64,000 nucleotides of DNA, taken from the IMG/VR virus record IMGVR_UViG_3300020424_000002, positions 64,001-128,000 of that record. One strand, given 5' to 3'. Below are positions 37,914-47,542 of the stretch, piece after piece. Each line of letters begins with the position of its first letter. Positions within the stretch are counted from its first letter, which is position 1. A program made the position numbers and the translations under genes. This DNA is from a virus. The notes beneath the pieces are model-generated. The model worked only from the letters and a program-made list of their open reading frames with translations, had not been told where the DNA came from and ran no database searches.

Positions 37914-38446
37914 ACTTCCTCTAACATTGTCATCAATCGTTCTGCACGATTAGTGACTTGGTTGTACCATCTAGAATCTCTTCCTTCTACTGCAGCTTGT
38001 TTCCAATCATTTCTTTCGATTGCAGCTTTGAAGTTTTTAAATTTAGATAGTCTTGTCATACCCATGTTAAAGGTCATATTAACTAAAACTCTTTGAACCT
38101 CATCTGGATAATTTTCTAAATCTGGATAAAGTTTTCCACATTCTTCTACATGTTCTGCATAGTCATGTTCCCATACTTCATCCACTCTTTCTTGGGACAC
38201 TGGTGTCCCTACTGGTTGACCTTTCTCTGGGTCATCATCTTTTACTAGATGTCCTATTCCAAAGGTTGCATAACCTAAATGGTCGTTATAAATCTCATAT
38301 ACAACACCTTCGTCTCGTATAATTTCTTCTTTTAGTTTACTTGGATTCTTGATGTTCATCTTTGAGTAACTCCACGGCTTTATCACCTTGTTCTTTAAGC
38401 AGTTCAATAAGAATATCACCCATGATTTGATTGAATCCCTTATCAT
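37910..38446 (-). CDS. T4-type lysozyme (GH24); true start probably ~38358
   Basis: DEG..EIY.DHLG..TFGIGHL; NM.FNMG; SRWY.Q..NRA.RL. Confidence 0.9.
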   Translation of the reverse strand: MIRDSIKSWVIFLLNCLKNKVIKPWSYSKMNIKNPSKLKEEIIRDEGVVYEIYNDHLGYATFGIGHLVKDDDPEKGQPVGTPVSQERVDEVWEHDYAEHVEECGKLYPDLENYPDEVQRVLVNMTFNMGMTRLSKFKNFKAAIERNDWKQAAVEGRDSRWYNQVTNRAERLMTMLEEV

Positions 38447-38648
38447 CTGATATGGTTTCTTTCATTGAGTCTGGACACTTACGAACTGCTCTAGTAAAAT
38501 TAATTGTTGGTGGTTCATCATCTTCTACTGGTAGAAATTGAACTTCACCATAGGTATATATGACTCCTTCATATTTACCCTCAGTAATTTCTATACCATT
38601 CTCACCATCTTTTGCATTGACGACAAGTTTGTATTTTGGTACAGACAT
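38337..38648 (-). CDS. Hypothetical protein
   Basis: I.EG.Y.GV.Y.YG.V...F...GDIL pattern. Confidence 0.65.
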   Translation of the reverse strand: MSVPKYKLVVNAKDGENGIEITEGKYEGVIYTYGEVQFLPVEDDEPPTINFTRAVRKCPDSMKETISDDKGFNQIMGDILIELLKEQGDKAVELLKDEHQESK

Positions 38649-38908
38649 TACTGTGCTTTGTAAACTTGGTTTACGATTTTAGATTTAACTTCTCTAGAGT
38701 TAACCTTAACACCAAGTTCATTTCCTTTTTCAACCAATTGTGCTTTGGTAAGTGCAGTTAGTCTTGCTTTAGAGAGTTTCGCTGGTTTTGTTTCTACTAC
38801 TGGTGGTTCACCAACGATATTATCTGCTTGTTTAATACCTTGATAAACAATACCAATAACAATACCTAGGACACCAAGTCCTATTATATAATCAACAATA
38901 TTTTCCAT
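38648..38908 (-). CDS. Membrane-anchored protein with Rho-N/HeH-like C-terminus
   Basis: N-terminal TM; LTKAQLVE.G.ELGV......K..IV. Confidence 0.6.
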   Translation of the reverse strand: MENIVDYIIGLGVLGIVIGIVYQGIKQADNIVGEPPVVETKPAKLSKARLTALTKAQLVEKGNELGVKVNSREVKSKIVNQVYKAQ

Positions 38909-39459
38909 TATTTATCCTCGTCTTCATTATTAATAAAATTCAAACCAAAGTGGGTTTTTACTTCTTCTAAAAACACCTCTGGTTTACTCTTTTCGTATGG
39001 GTCTGTTTGACAATTATCTTGTAGATTAGGTTCAATGTTCATTATTTCGACTGTTCCATCGGAAACTAACATTGCATATCTCCAAGACCTTAACCCAAAA
39101 CCTAGATTTTCTTTTTTAACAAGAAGACCTAGTTGTCTTGCAAGTTCTCCATTACCATCTGGTAAAGGTTTTACTTTCTCGATACCTTGTTGTTCGAACC
39201 ATGCATTCATAACGAATGTATCGTTTACAGATGTGCAGTAAACTTCGTCAACACCAGATTCTATGAACTGGTCATACATTTCTTCGAAGGTAGGTAATTG
39301 GAAGGTTGAACATGTTGGTGTAAATGCGCCAGGCAATCCAAACACCACGATAGTCTTATCTTCCATTAGACTATCTAAACTGACCTCATCCCAGTCACCA
39401 TCCTTTCTCATTTGAAATCGGACATCGTGAAGGTCATTTAAATTTCCTTTATTTAACAT
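38908..39459 (-). CDS. Peroxiredoxin (Prx5 type)
   Basis: PGAFTPTCS, SVND.FVM.AW, DGNG, RSWRY. Confidence 0.93.
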   Translation of the reverse strand: MLNKGNLNDLHDVRFQMRKDGDWDEVSLDSLMEDKTIVVFGLPGAFTPTCSTFQLPTFEEMYDQFIESGVDEVYCTSVNDTFVMNAWFEQQGIEKVKPLPDGNGELARQLGLLVKKENLGFGLRSWRYAMLVSDGTVEIMNIEPNLQDNCQTDPYEKSKPEVFLEEVKTHFGLNFINNEDEDK

Positions 39460-39477
39460 AATATAATCCTATAAAAA

Positions 39478-39521
39478 TATTTATACTATATTTAGTATAC
39501 CACGAGACTGGGATGTGTCAA
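39478..39521 (-). promoter_or_regulatory. Class B promoter plus late promoter for peroxiredoxin
   Basis: TTGACA-N16-TATACT (39494-39521) and TATAAATA (39478-39485). Confidence 0.7.
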
Positions 39522-39532
39522 CCTTTTATTTA

Positions 39533-40027
39533 CTAAAATCCTCTACCATGTTCTGTTAAGAACTCTTTAGGTAATTTCTTAGTTCCAATAGAAACCTTTC
39601 TAGGTTTCTTTTCTTCTGGAATAATTTTAGTAATAGGAATACCAAGAATACCATCTTGTATAGATGCAGAACCAACTTCTACATCATCTGCAAGAATAAA
39701 TTTTCTTGACCATTTCCTAGCTGCAATACCAGTATGAACTGCATGACCATTTCCAACTCTTTCTGGATTTGGATTCTCTTTATCACCAACGACTTTTAGT
39801 TCATTTTCTTGAACTGTAATGTCGATATGGTCTTTACCGAATCCAGCACATGCAATCTCGATAACGAAGTGTTCGTCATCAATTTTTGTGATATTATAAG
39901 GTGGGTATGATTGACTATTGTTTCTTTGAACATCATCTATTCTTCGAAAGAAGTCATCCACACCAATTGAGAATGGACTTGTCAGTCTTAACATTTCCTG
40001 TAAGTCCAGCGTAGATAATTTTACCAT
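39533..40027 (-). CDS. Small heat shock protein (IbpA/Hsp20)
   Basis: SYPPYNI, IEIACAGF, GIA.R...F.L, A...DG.L. Confidence 0.95.
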   Translation of the reverse strand: MVKLSTLDLQEMLRLTSPFSIGVDDFFRRIDDVQRNNSQSYPPYNITKIDDEHFVIEIACAGFGKDHIDITVQENELKVVGDKENPNPERVGNGHAVHTGIAARKWSRKFILADDVEVGSASIQDGILGIPITKIIPEEKKPRKVSIGTKKLPKEFLTEHGRGF

Positions 40028-40032
40028 TTTTG

Positions 40033-40086
40033 CCTCCTGTATTTAGCAAGGTTAAATTGTATTTGGAATCTCCCAATGAGCATTCC
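40033..40086 (-). promoter_or_regulatory. ROSE-like RNA thermometer
   Basis: CCUU-G-CU / AGGAGG hairpin occluding the SD, plus a 5' hairpin GGAAU..CUC/GAG..AUUCC. Confidence 0.75.
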
Positions 40087-40095
40087 TATTAATAT

Positions 40096-40123
40096 ATATA
40101 AGGATTAATCTTTAGATTTCAAG
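40096..40123 (-). promoter_or_regulatory. sigma32 (RpoH)-like promoter
   Basis: CTTGAAA-N13-CCTTATAT upstream of hsp20. Confidence 0.6.
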
Positions 40124-40281
40124 TATTTTTCAACAATTTCTTTAATTTTATCTAATTTATACCATAAACTAGAGTAAACTTCTATTTTATTGTCTGGATA
40201 TTCTACAATATATCGTTTATATCCAAATATCCTCTCTGAGAAGATTCTGACATCTCCATAACTTTCTTCTAATAATCTCAT
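40105..40281 (-). CDS. Small hypothetical protein (58 aa; not in ORF track)
   Basis: MRLLEESYGDVRIFSER...; class B promoter 40290-40317 upstream. Confidence 0.6.
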   Translation of the reverse strand: MRLLEESYGDVRIFSERIFGYKRYIVEYPDNKIEVYSSLWYKLDKIKEIVEKYLKSKD

Positions 40282-40351
40282 ATATATCCATTATCTCATA
40301 AAACTTGTATTTGTCAACTAAAAGTTAAAGAGTATTATATCACTTTTGATA

Positions 40352-42205
40352 TTAAGTGGGATTCGTTTCCAGTGGTGTGTAAATTCGAACTTTTTCTGAT
40401 TTTCCTTTAACGAGGATTTTATCGATTTCCTTGAATGCTCTTGATGGACATAAGTGATAAGTTCGTTCCGATAACAACAAGTCAACCCCATCATAATTTC
40501 TTGTTTGTCCTTCGAGTCTAGCACCCAAGTTGACTGCATCTCCGATGACTGAATAGTCAAATCTAATTTCTGAACCCATGTTTCCGACAATACATTCTCC
40601 TGTGCTGATGCCAATGCCGACATTAATAGGAGGCAGGTTGAGAGGAGAAAGCTCTTCATTAAGTTTCTGTGTTGCATCTAATACTTCCAATGCAGATTTA
40701 ACTGCTAATTCAGCATGGTCTTTGCAATCAAGAGGTGCATTCCAGAATGCCATGATGCAGTCGCCCATGTATTTATCTATTGTTCCTTTATTATTTATTA
40801 TGATTTTAGTTTGAACATCTAAGAACCTATTGATAAGTTTTACTAATCCTTCTGGGTCATCTTTGTTTTTATAAGCTTCACTAATGGGAGTAAACCCACA
40901 TATGTCCATGAACATGAAAGTCATTTCTTTTCTTTCACCACCAAGTTTTAATAACTCTGGGTTATTAGCAAGTTTGTCGACCATCTCTGGTGATAAGTAT
41001 TTTTTAAATTGTCCTTTAATTTGTTCCTTTAGCTTGTAGGTTACAAAGTATTTGTTGAAAGATGCGTGTCCAAAGACTACAATTCCTGTAAGTGCAGAAT
41101 ACAATGCATCAAATAGTATTAGATATTCTATCCATAACCAGTATGACATCCCAACTGAAAGTCCTATTGTACCGATTGATAATATACCAGATAGATATGT
41201 TGGAAGTTGATATACCATCAACAATACCAAAAGACCCAGACCGATAACCAGAATTATTTCTACAAAGTCCAGAAGAAAATTGTTCTGGATAGTTTCACCA
41301 GATATGACAGTTTGTAGTAAGTTAGCTTGTACTTCATGAGGATACATGACACCATATGGAGTAGAAACTGGATTATTAAATCCTTCTGCTGTCATCCCCC
41401 AGATAAGTATTTTATTCTGGTATGATTCATTTAGTTCAGATGCACTTACTCTATCAAAGTCATTCCAGTATGTAATCATAACATCTGCTGTGGATGTAGT
41501 TTCTATAGGTGGTTGTCTACCCATTCGTATCCATTCGATACCTACTTCTGGTGTTACTCTGGTTTGATAATTAGGTTGGTCATAGAATGCACGAAGAGTT
41601 TCAAGTGCAACCGATGGATATATCTGGTCATTTGCAGATACGATAAGTGGTGCAGACCGAACAGTTCCATCAAAGTTTGGTGTATCTGGTAAAGGTGGTG
41701 TTGTCACTGTCACTCCTACACCATAAGTGTTATCTTGTAGTAGTTTGATTGGTGCAGACATTCCAGAAAAGTCCCAGATAACATCTCCGATATTTCCACC
41801 ACCGAATACCGATGTTCTTACATAAGGTGCAGAACCAGTGTCCTTTTGACTTGTTGGAGCTGCAGATAAGATACTTAATCTGTTTACCAGACCAGTTGCA
41901 AATTCTACATCTCCACCAAATCTATCTGGTTGATTGAATACTTGAGTAAATACATGAGTATTGGTATGATGATTTTCTAACATAATATCTGAATAGATAT
42001 TACGAGGCCATGGATATTGACCATACTTGTCTAATGATTTTTCATCAATATCTACAAGTACAATGTTGTCTATGTGTTGAGATTCTTTTTGTTGATGTAA
42101 TACATCAAAGTAAGACCACTTGATATTATCTATTAGATATGGTGACCATATCTTTAAACCTACTAACACTCCAAGTGTAAGTAGAACAGTTTTCCAATTA
42201 TACAT
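40352..42205 (-). CDS. CHASE2-domain class III adenylate/guanylate cyclase
   Basis: IVLVDIDE.SL...GQYPWPR; 3 TMs; F.DI.GFT, DKYMGDCIMAFW, GIGI.TG...VGNMG, GDAVNLGARLEG. Confidence 0.93.
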   Translation of the reverse strand: MYNWKTVLLTLGVLVGLKIWSPYLIDNIKWSYFDVLHQQKESQHIDNIVLVDIDEKSLDKYGQYPWPRNIYSDIMLENHHTNTHVFTQVFNQPDRFGGDVEFATGLVNRLSILSAAPTSQKDTGSAPYVRTSVFGGGNIGDVIWDFSGMSAPIKLLQDNTYGVGVTVTTPPLPDTPNFDGTVRSAPLIVSANDQIYPSVALETLRAFYDQPNYQTRVTPEVGIEWIRMGRQPPIETTSTADVMITYWNDFDRVSASELNESYQNKILIWGMTAEGFNNPVSTPYGVMYPHEVQANLLQTVISGETIQNNFLLDFVEIILVIGLGLLVLLMVYQLPTYLSGILSIGTIGLSVGMSYWLWIEYLILFDALYSALTGIVVFGHASFNKYFVTYKLKEQIKGQFKKYLSPEMVDKLANNPELLKLGGERKEMTFMFMDICGFTPISEAYKNKDDPEGLVKLINRFLDVQTKIIINNKGTIDKYMGDCIMAFWNAPLDCKDHAELAVKSALEVLDATQKLNEELSPLNLPPINVGIGISTGECIVGNMGSEIRFDYSVIGDAVNLGARLEGQTRNYDGVDLLLSERTYHLCPSRAFKEIDKILVKGKSEKVRIYTPLETNPT

Positions 42206-42413
42206 TTAATTCTTTTTCTAGTTCTACTATATAGTCTTTCATATCAGTCATCCATTCTTTAAGCCTACGATATTGTTTATCATGAAAGTCTTTGTAGTGT
42301 TTATCGGTTGATAGGATTGACATCTTTTGATGATAATCCATAGTTTTGAGTACCAAAGATATTGCATCTTGGTAAGGCATCCTTACTATAGTTGAAAATT
42401 CTCTTTTTGACAC
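42198..42413 (-). CDS. Hypothetical protein
   Basis: ORF in operon with SD. Confidence 0.6.
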   Translation of the reverse strand: MSKREFSTIVRMPYQDAISLVLKTMDYHQKMSILSTDKHYKDFHDKQYRRLKEWMTDMKDYIVELEKELNV

Positions 42414-42425
42414 TCAAAAGAACTC

Positions 42426-43142
42426 CTAGTTTCCTTGGGTAACATTTACATTACAACCACCAGATGTGTAGCAATAATTAGTTATACTATATGACTTACT
42501 ATTCCAACCATTTTGTATTACACTAATATCAGTTGGTTCTGTTCCTCTTAGAATGACACTCATATAATGGTCTCCACTATTTGTTTGTCGAAGGTCAACT
42601 TCATTGTAATCGTTGTAAATATCTAAATTGATATATTGACTTCCACCTTCTCTTTGGACTGTGTATATATCATTGTTATCACCTTCAAGATGCAACCAAT
42701 ATTCATGACCAGAAGAATTACTATTTGTTCTTTGTGTCATTAAAACTTGGTTATTATCACCTGTAATATTAATATGTGCAAAGGTATCACCATATTCTGC
42801 ATAGTCTCTATTAAAGTTTCCATTAGTTCCTACTTGATATCCTTGACCAAGTTTTAAAGTATTTCCATCTCCCCAAAGTCTTCGAAGTTCTATAGTGTTT
42901 GGTTGTGTTTTATTACCTCTATCTCTAGCTTGTTTTATAATAATAGTATTATCACTACCATCTATTCCTTCTGATGATGTCCATTGTTTTACAACATTAT
43001 TATATCCAATTTGAGTTATATCAAGTTCAAAGTTATCACCTTCTTGTTTGATTGTAATTTCATTATCGTCTGCAAATACTGGATTACAAAATCCTACAAA
43101 ACTAATTAGACTGATTAATAATAATTTGTGAATCATCTCCAT
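42426..43142 (-). CDS. Secreted curlin-like (CsgA/CsgB-like) repeat protein
   Basis: Signal peptide; N.I.I.Q.G..N repeats. Confidence 0.7.
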   Translation of the reverse strand: MEMIHKLLLISLISFVGFCNPVFADDNEITIKQEGDNFELDITQIGYNNVVKQWTSSEGIDGSDNTIIIKQARDRGNKTQPNTIELRRLWGDGNTLKLGQGYQVGTNGNFNRDYAEYGDTFAHINITGDNNQVLMTQRTNSNSSGHEYWLHLEGDNNDIYTVQREGGSQYINLDIYNDYNEVDLRQTNSGDHYMSVILRGTEPTDISVIQNGWNSKSYSITNYCYTSGGCNVNVTQGN

Positions 43143-44244
43143 CTCCTATGAGGATTACTCCCTCATACCCTTCTACTATTGTTTGTAGATATACATTTGA
43201 ACCACTATCAAATGCAATCTCAATAACACCATTTACATCTCTAAAGAAAATTAACTTTTCATCTTCGATAAAGACATTGTATTGTGAACCTTGGTTTAAC
43301 CCTAATGTTGCACCTTCTACTTTAAATTGTCCTATGTTAGTACTACCACCTTCTGTTGATGCACCTCTTATTTTCTTATCTAGTTCTTCTATAACATCAA
43401 GAACATCTACAAGTAAATCTACATTTAATGCATCAATATCTAATGCAGAATATTCTAGGTCTCCTTCTGTTTCTTTGAGTTCATCTTTTTCTAACTCATT
43501 AAACTCTAGAAAATCTACATCTAAAATTCCTTGGTCATCATTCATGTCATCTGCAGCTTGTTCTTCTACTGCAATTCTGACTTCCTGTGGTGGATTGACA
43601 ATAAACATATTATCAATCATTGAAGGTGTAATGTTCTGAATCGTTACTGCAACTGTTGGTGGTGACTCATAGGATGACACCATAGTTGCTTGATAAGGTT
43701 GATTCAGTATTCTTTCTCCACCTTCATTTGTTACCACTATTTCTCCAGATGCATTTCCATCATCATCTGGTAGCAAAACTACAAGTGACCTACCAAGCTC
43801 ATCAATTGTAGTTGTAAAATCTGTTCCATTTATAGCAATCTGTGCTGTAGGTGTGGATACCTGTATGTTTGCTTTCTTAATCTTCTTCCCAGTTCCACTT
43901 GCAAACCTTGCTGTCCCTTGTGCCATTCTAATTGCCATCTTGGACTTACTTGGGTCTGGGTCATAATAAACTTCATCAATGTACACTCTAGTATGTTCAG
44001 TCAATGCAAGTTCTTCTTCGTCTAAGAACTCTATCAACATACGACCATTTACTGTTGCAGCTTCATCATATAAATTGATATCTGAACCGACATCATTAGG
44101 TAAGGTTTCATTATTTCTAATAATACCACCTACACCTGTGGACTCTACAATATCTCCGATGGAGTCTGCATAAACAGACCCCATGAAGATAAATGCACTA
44201 ACTATCGTTAGATGAATCTTTTTGATTAATTTGAATTGTCGCAT
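43102..44244 (-). CDS. FecR-domain protein
   Basis: T..G...I.F.D...L.L.E.T...ID, G.ARF.SG, V.TPTA.I.I.GTDF. Confidence 0.85.
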   Translation of the reverse strand: MRQFKLIKKIHLTIVSAFIFMGSVYADSIGDIVESTGVGGIIRNNETLPNDVGSDINLYDEAATVNGRMLIEFLDEEELALTEHTRVYIDEVYYDPDPSKSKMAIRMAQGTARFASGTGKKIKKANIQVSTPTAQIAINGTDFTTTIDELGRSLVVLLPDDDGNASGEIVVTNEGGERILNQPYQATMVSSYESPPTVAVTIQNITPSMIDNMFIVNPPQEVRIAVEEQAADDMNDDQGILDVDFLEFNELEKDELKETEGDLEYSALDIDALNVDLLVDVLDVIEELDKKIRGASTEGGSTNIGQFKVEGATLGLNQGSQYNVFIEDEKLIFFRDVNGVIEIAFDSGSNVYLQTIVEGYEGVILIGDGDDSQIIINQSN

Positions 44245-44938
44245 TGTCAGAATCTATATCCATAACGATTTTTGCATCTGGACTTGCACATGAATTACCA
44301 GCACCAGAAACACATGTTCCAGATACTTGGTTAATATCAATGTCCCCACCATCACCTGTATAATCTACAGTCTGTGTATGAGCTCCATCCTTCATTAATA
44401 CATTTAGATTGTTACTGTCCCCAGTAATTTCCCAATTAAATGTATTATCATCTGATTCAAAGTCTAAATCAAAGACATTTGAATTACCTAAAATCGTCAT
44501 ATCCAAATCCAATCTTTCGGCACTAAACTGGTAACCTTGGTCTAAATCCCAAGTATTACTATCACCTGTAACTGTGATATCATATACTGAATCGTCAGCA
44601 GACCCAGTATCACCTATATTCCAATCAAAAACATTGGAATCACCTGTGAATGATAAATCAAAATCCGATGTATCGGCAACTAGTGGCCCATACAACTTGT
44701 TTGAATTACCAATCATGTCGATATCTATAGTTAAAGTAGTACCAGTAATAACCATTTTGTCATCGAAAGCAGATGTTTGTGATATCTTGTTTCCAAATCC
44801 AACTTGGTCAATGTAAAGAGTTAGTGTATCTCCTTCTTGGTCTATTCTTATTTCATTATCATCAGTTGCTTGTGCGAAAAGAATATTAGTCGACAATAGG
44901 GTTACTAACCCCAAACTAAAAAATAGTTTTTTATTCAT
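44198..44938 (-). CDS. Secreted curlin-like beta-solenoid protein
   Basis: Signal peptide; DNEI.IDQ.G and repeated (I/F).GDSN units. Confidence 0.7.
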   Translation of the reverse strand: MNKKLFFSLGLVTLLSTNILFAQATDDNEIRIDQEGDTLTLYIDQVGFGNKISQTSAFDDKMVITGTTLTIDIDMIGNSNKLYGPLVADTSDFDLSFTGDSNVFDWNIGDTGSADDSVYDITVTGDSNTWDLDQGYQFSAERLDLDMTILGNSNVFDLDFESDDNTFNWEITGDSNNLNVLMKDGAHTQTVDYTGDGGDIDINQVSGTCVSGAGNSCASPDAKIVMDIDSDNATIQINQKDSSNDS

Positions 44939-44947
44939 TTCGTACTC

Positions 44948-45877
44948 CTATTCGAGGTCGTGTTTATCGTTTTTCCCATCACTATTATGGGGATGACGAT
45001 GGTCTCCCTCTATAATCCAAAAACCTCTATCGTGTCCTTGGTAAATTAATTCCAACACTCCTGCCTCAATAGCAGCTCGTGTTGCATATGTCACCGACTC
45101 ATTATTACCCACTCCATCCTCTATCTCAACTAGTTGTGTTCCTTCCTCGATAAATCGGAAGACATCACCACCAGAACCATAACTTAATATGGTTTTACGA
45201 CTTTGGACATTCAATAATACTTCACCTGTCAGAACTGAAACAGCTCTAATACTAACAGTTACAGCATCTTGTCGATACTGTTTACTAAACCCAATACCAA
45301 GTGTCCTTGCGCCTCGACCACCTGTTTTAAGATTAGTATCATAACCAATGATTCCACCTTCTATTATCATCCCTGCGAATAGAAGTGGTGCAATACCATT
45401 GGATTCTTCACCCTTTGCCTCTGCCCATTCTTGACGAGCAGAACGAATGATTTGTCTTTCTCTTACTAAATGGTCTAGTCCTGTTCTTTCAACAACTCTA
45501 AACCATGTACCCCCACCAGCAGTTTTAAGTGCATCTACTAACATTGCATTTGCACCTTGAGTTACAGCAGTTGAAAAAGATGCATACTGGTCTAATTGTT
45601 TTCTTTGACCAGTTAAATCTTGGAATTGATAAACTGCAACTATTGGTTTTTCTTTTGCTGGTGGTAAATTTAAAAGTTCAATATATGCAGGCAATCTTAC
45701 TACTGTAGGATATTCTACACAAATGTATTTTCTTGATAGTTGTTTTTTAACACCTGTATAAAGGTCTTTTGAGAAACCTTCATTCCATCTTGAACAGTCC
45801 TGTGGGTTCTCACTCCATTGAGGGAACGATGCACACCCACTAAGAACCGAAAGTGTTAATATAAGAAACCATTTCAT
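44948..45877 (-). CDS. csgG: Curli secretion channel CsgG
   Basis: Lipobox LSGC; VAVY.F.D.TGQ.K, FSTAVTQG, WF.VVER.GL..L..ERQIIR. Confidence 0.93.
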   Translation of the reverse strand: MKWFLILTLSVLSGCASFPQWSENPQDCSRWNEGFSKDLYTGVKKQLSRKYICVEYPTVVRLPAYIELLNLPPAKEKPIVAVYQFQDLTGQRKQLDQYASFSTAVTQGANAMLVDALKTAGGGTWFRVVERTGLDHLVRERQIIRSARQEWAEAKGEESNGIAPLLFAGMIIEGGIIGYDTNLKTGGRGARTLGIGFSKQYRQDAVTVSIRAVSVLTGEVLLNVQSRKTILSYGSGGDVFRFIEEGTQLVEIEDGVGNNESVTYATRAAIEAGVLELIYQGHDRGFWIIEGDHRHPHNSDGKNDKHDLE

Positions 45878-46410
45878 TAACCGCCTCCATCACCATCACC
45901 ACTACCATCATCACCAAAGTAACCTGTACCGATTGGTATTTCGATAACTGTGGTTGAACCTTCTTGGTCGACAATAGTCATTCTGATGAACTCTGTCCCA
46001 TCTTCGTTAGTAATAACTTCGTATGTTACTGTAGAACCTTCTAATACAAATGACCCAAACCTTACTGGATTGTCGTTAGAGAACATTGACTCTACTAACT
46101 GTTTTGCCATCTGAGCATAGATACGGCTTTCTAAGTTTCTAATAAATTTTGCAAGCGTTGTGTTATCTGCTTCTCTTTCTGCAGCTTTTCTAGCTGCTTC
46201 CAGAGCATCTTCTATTTGTTTCTTACGCGAGAACTCTTGATTCTCAATTGTGAGATAGTGGGCTCCAGTTCCAATTCCACTGAAGCTTGGATTTTTAAAT
46301 CCGAATTTAATTTCATCTGCATGTGCTGGAGTTATTGCAAGGATTGAGAGTAAGAATATCCCAATCAACGCAGATACTTCTAGTTTATCTTTAATCCTTT
46401 CTTTGTTCAC
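45877..46410 (-). CDS. csgF: Curli assembly factor CsgF
   Basis: Signal peptide; F.FKNPSF.G; LESRIYAQ...L; T.IEIP; adjacent to csgG. Confidence 0.8.
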   Translation of the reverse strand: MNKERIKDKLEVSALIGIFLLSILAITPAHADEIKFGFKNPSFSGIGTGAHYLTIENQEFSRKKQIEDALEAARKAAEREADNTTLAKFIRNLESRIYAQMAKQLVESMFSNDNPVRFGSFVLEGSTVTYEVITNEDGTEFIRMTIVDQEGSTTVIEIPIGTGYFGDDGSGDGDGGG

Positions 46411-46696
46411 TTTTTAATTTCTCCAATTCCTCTTCTTCCTCATGTTCTTCTATGAATTTCTGACGCTCACGATATTCTAGAACTACATTAATTTTCTGTT
46501 GCAGTCTAATCATATCTTGGTCAAGCATTCTTAACTGGTCAGTAAGTTTGATACTTGATGCAAACATACGACCTAATGAGGGTTTTACTTCGTCAGTTAT
46601 AAACTTCCATGTGTAATAGATAAAATATCCCATCCCCAATGCCATTGCGACTGGGAATCCGAACTCTGCAATTATCTTTATAATGTTTTCCATCAA
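46391..46696 (-). CDS. Small membrane protein
   Basis: GFPVAMA.G.GYFIY TM then coiled coil (RMLDQDMIRL). Confidence 0.7.
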   Translation of the reverse strand: MMENIIKIIAEFGFPVAMALGMGYFIYYTWKFITDEVKPSLGRMFASSIKLTDQLRMLDQDMIRLQQKINVVLEYRERQKFIEEHEEEEELEKLKSEQRKD

Positions 46697-46986
46697 TCTC
46701 TTCTTGCATCAATTTCTCCATCCTCTATAAAGTTTTCAGCTCTTGCAACCCTATCTATAGGTGGTGTTAGTTCTAATGCACTACTAACTAACAAATCAAT
46801 TTTCAATATGTCATTATTCATAACTTTTGCACGAGTCTCCAACATATTGATAATATTTTCAGTACTTTTAATCTGTGAAATAACAGAGTCGAATATGTAC
46901 TTCATACTTAAAAATATGAAGAATGCCATGACAAGGGCACCAAAAATAGGTACACCCACTTCACTTAAAAAATCTAATATAGACAT
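46693..46986 (-). CDS. Small membrane protein, paralog-like to the downstream gene
   Basis: GVPI.GAL...FFIF TM; R...MNND...ID; C-terminal DARRD. Confidence 0.7.
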   Translation of the reverse strand: MSILDFLSEVGVPIFGALVMAFFIFLSMKYIFDSVISQIKSTENIINMLETRAKVMNNDILKIDLLVSSALELTPPIDRVARAENFIEDGEIDARRD

Positions 46987-47005
46987 AATCTCTCCTGTTC
47001 GTAAG

Positions 47006-47013
47006 TATTTATA
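47006..47013 (-). promoter_or_regulatory. T4-type late promoter heading the curli-cyclase operon
   Basis: TATAAATA followed by AGGAG SD. Confidence 0.8.
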
Positions 47014-47025
47014 ATAGGAGAGGTC

Positions 47026-47406
47026 TTAAACTGGGTTAAAAGTCATAGAAACACCACATCCACATGATGCAGTGACATTTGGATTGTTAAATATGAACTC
47101 TTCACCTAATCCAGTTTTTGTAAAGTCTAAAACTAAATTATCTAGAAAAGGTCTAGAGTTATTATCGATGTGAATAGAGAATTTACCAAAATCCATTACT
47201 TGGTCAGAAGGTTCATTGGTGGTATTGAAATCGAATATGTATTCATACCCATTGCAACCACCACCAGTGATACCTAATCTGATTTCAGAAAAACCTCGTT
47301 CCTCTGTTTTCTTAACTAATTGTAAGATTGCAGAGTCAGTTAACTCAATGTTAACTGTCGGCTTTGAATATGCGATAGGCTCCATAGACCAGTCCTGCCC
47401 AAGCAA
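47026..47406 (-). CDS. iscA: A-type Fe-S carrier (IscA/HesB)
   Basis: RLG..GGGCNGYEY, F.NPN...CGCG.S. Confidence 0.92.
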   Translation of the reverse strand: MLGQDWSMEPIAYSKPTVNIELTDSAILQLVKKTEERGFSEIRLGITGGGCNGYEYIFDFNTTNEPSDQVMDFGKFSIHIDNNSRPFLDNLVLDFTKTGLGEEFIFNNPNVTASCGCGVSMTFNPV

Positions 47407-47530
47407 GATACTTGACTATTGGTGCAAGTAATATTGCTCCTAATGATATTCCGACTATGACAGCACCATCCAAAGATGATAACTCCCCTAGTCTCCCTTT
47501 AATGTATTCTTTAATGAAATTGATATCCAT
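47351..47530 (-). CDS. Small two-TM membrane protein (59 aa; not in ORF track)
   Basis: MDINFIKEY...DGAVIVGISLGAILLAPIVKYLAWAGLVYGAY; GGAG SD. Confidence 0.65.
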   Translation of the reverse strand: MDINFIKEYIKGRLGELSSLDGAVIVGISLGAILLAPIVKYLAWAGLVYGAYRIFKADS

Positions 47531-47542
47531 TTATAATACTCC

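Noticed and set aside
40318-40677. Alternate-frame minus-strand ORFs (also 8543..8968, 17915..18226, 59201..59404, 60518..60736)
   Set aside because: They are nested in confident genes in another frame and have no independent support.
44948-46410. Phage csgF/csgG as novel in themselves
   Set aside because: They are already known from marine myophages; only the FecR-cyclase coupling and late control are flagged.
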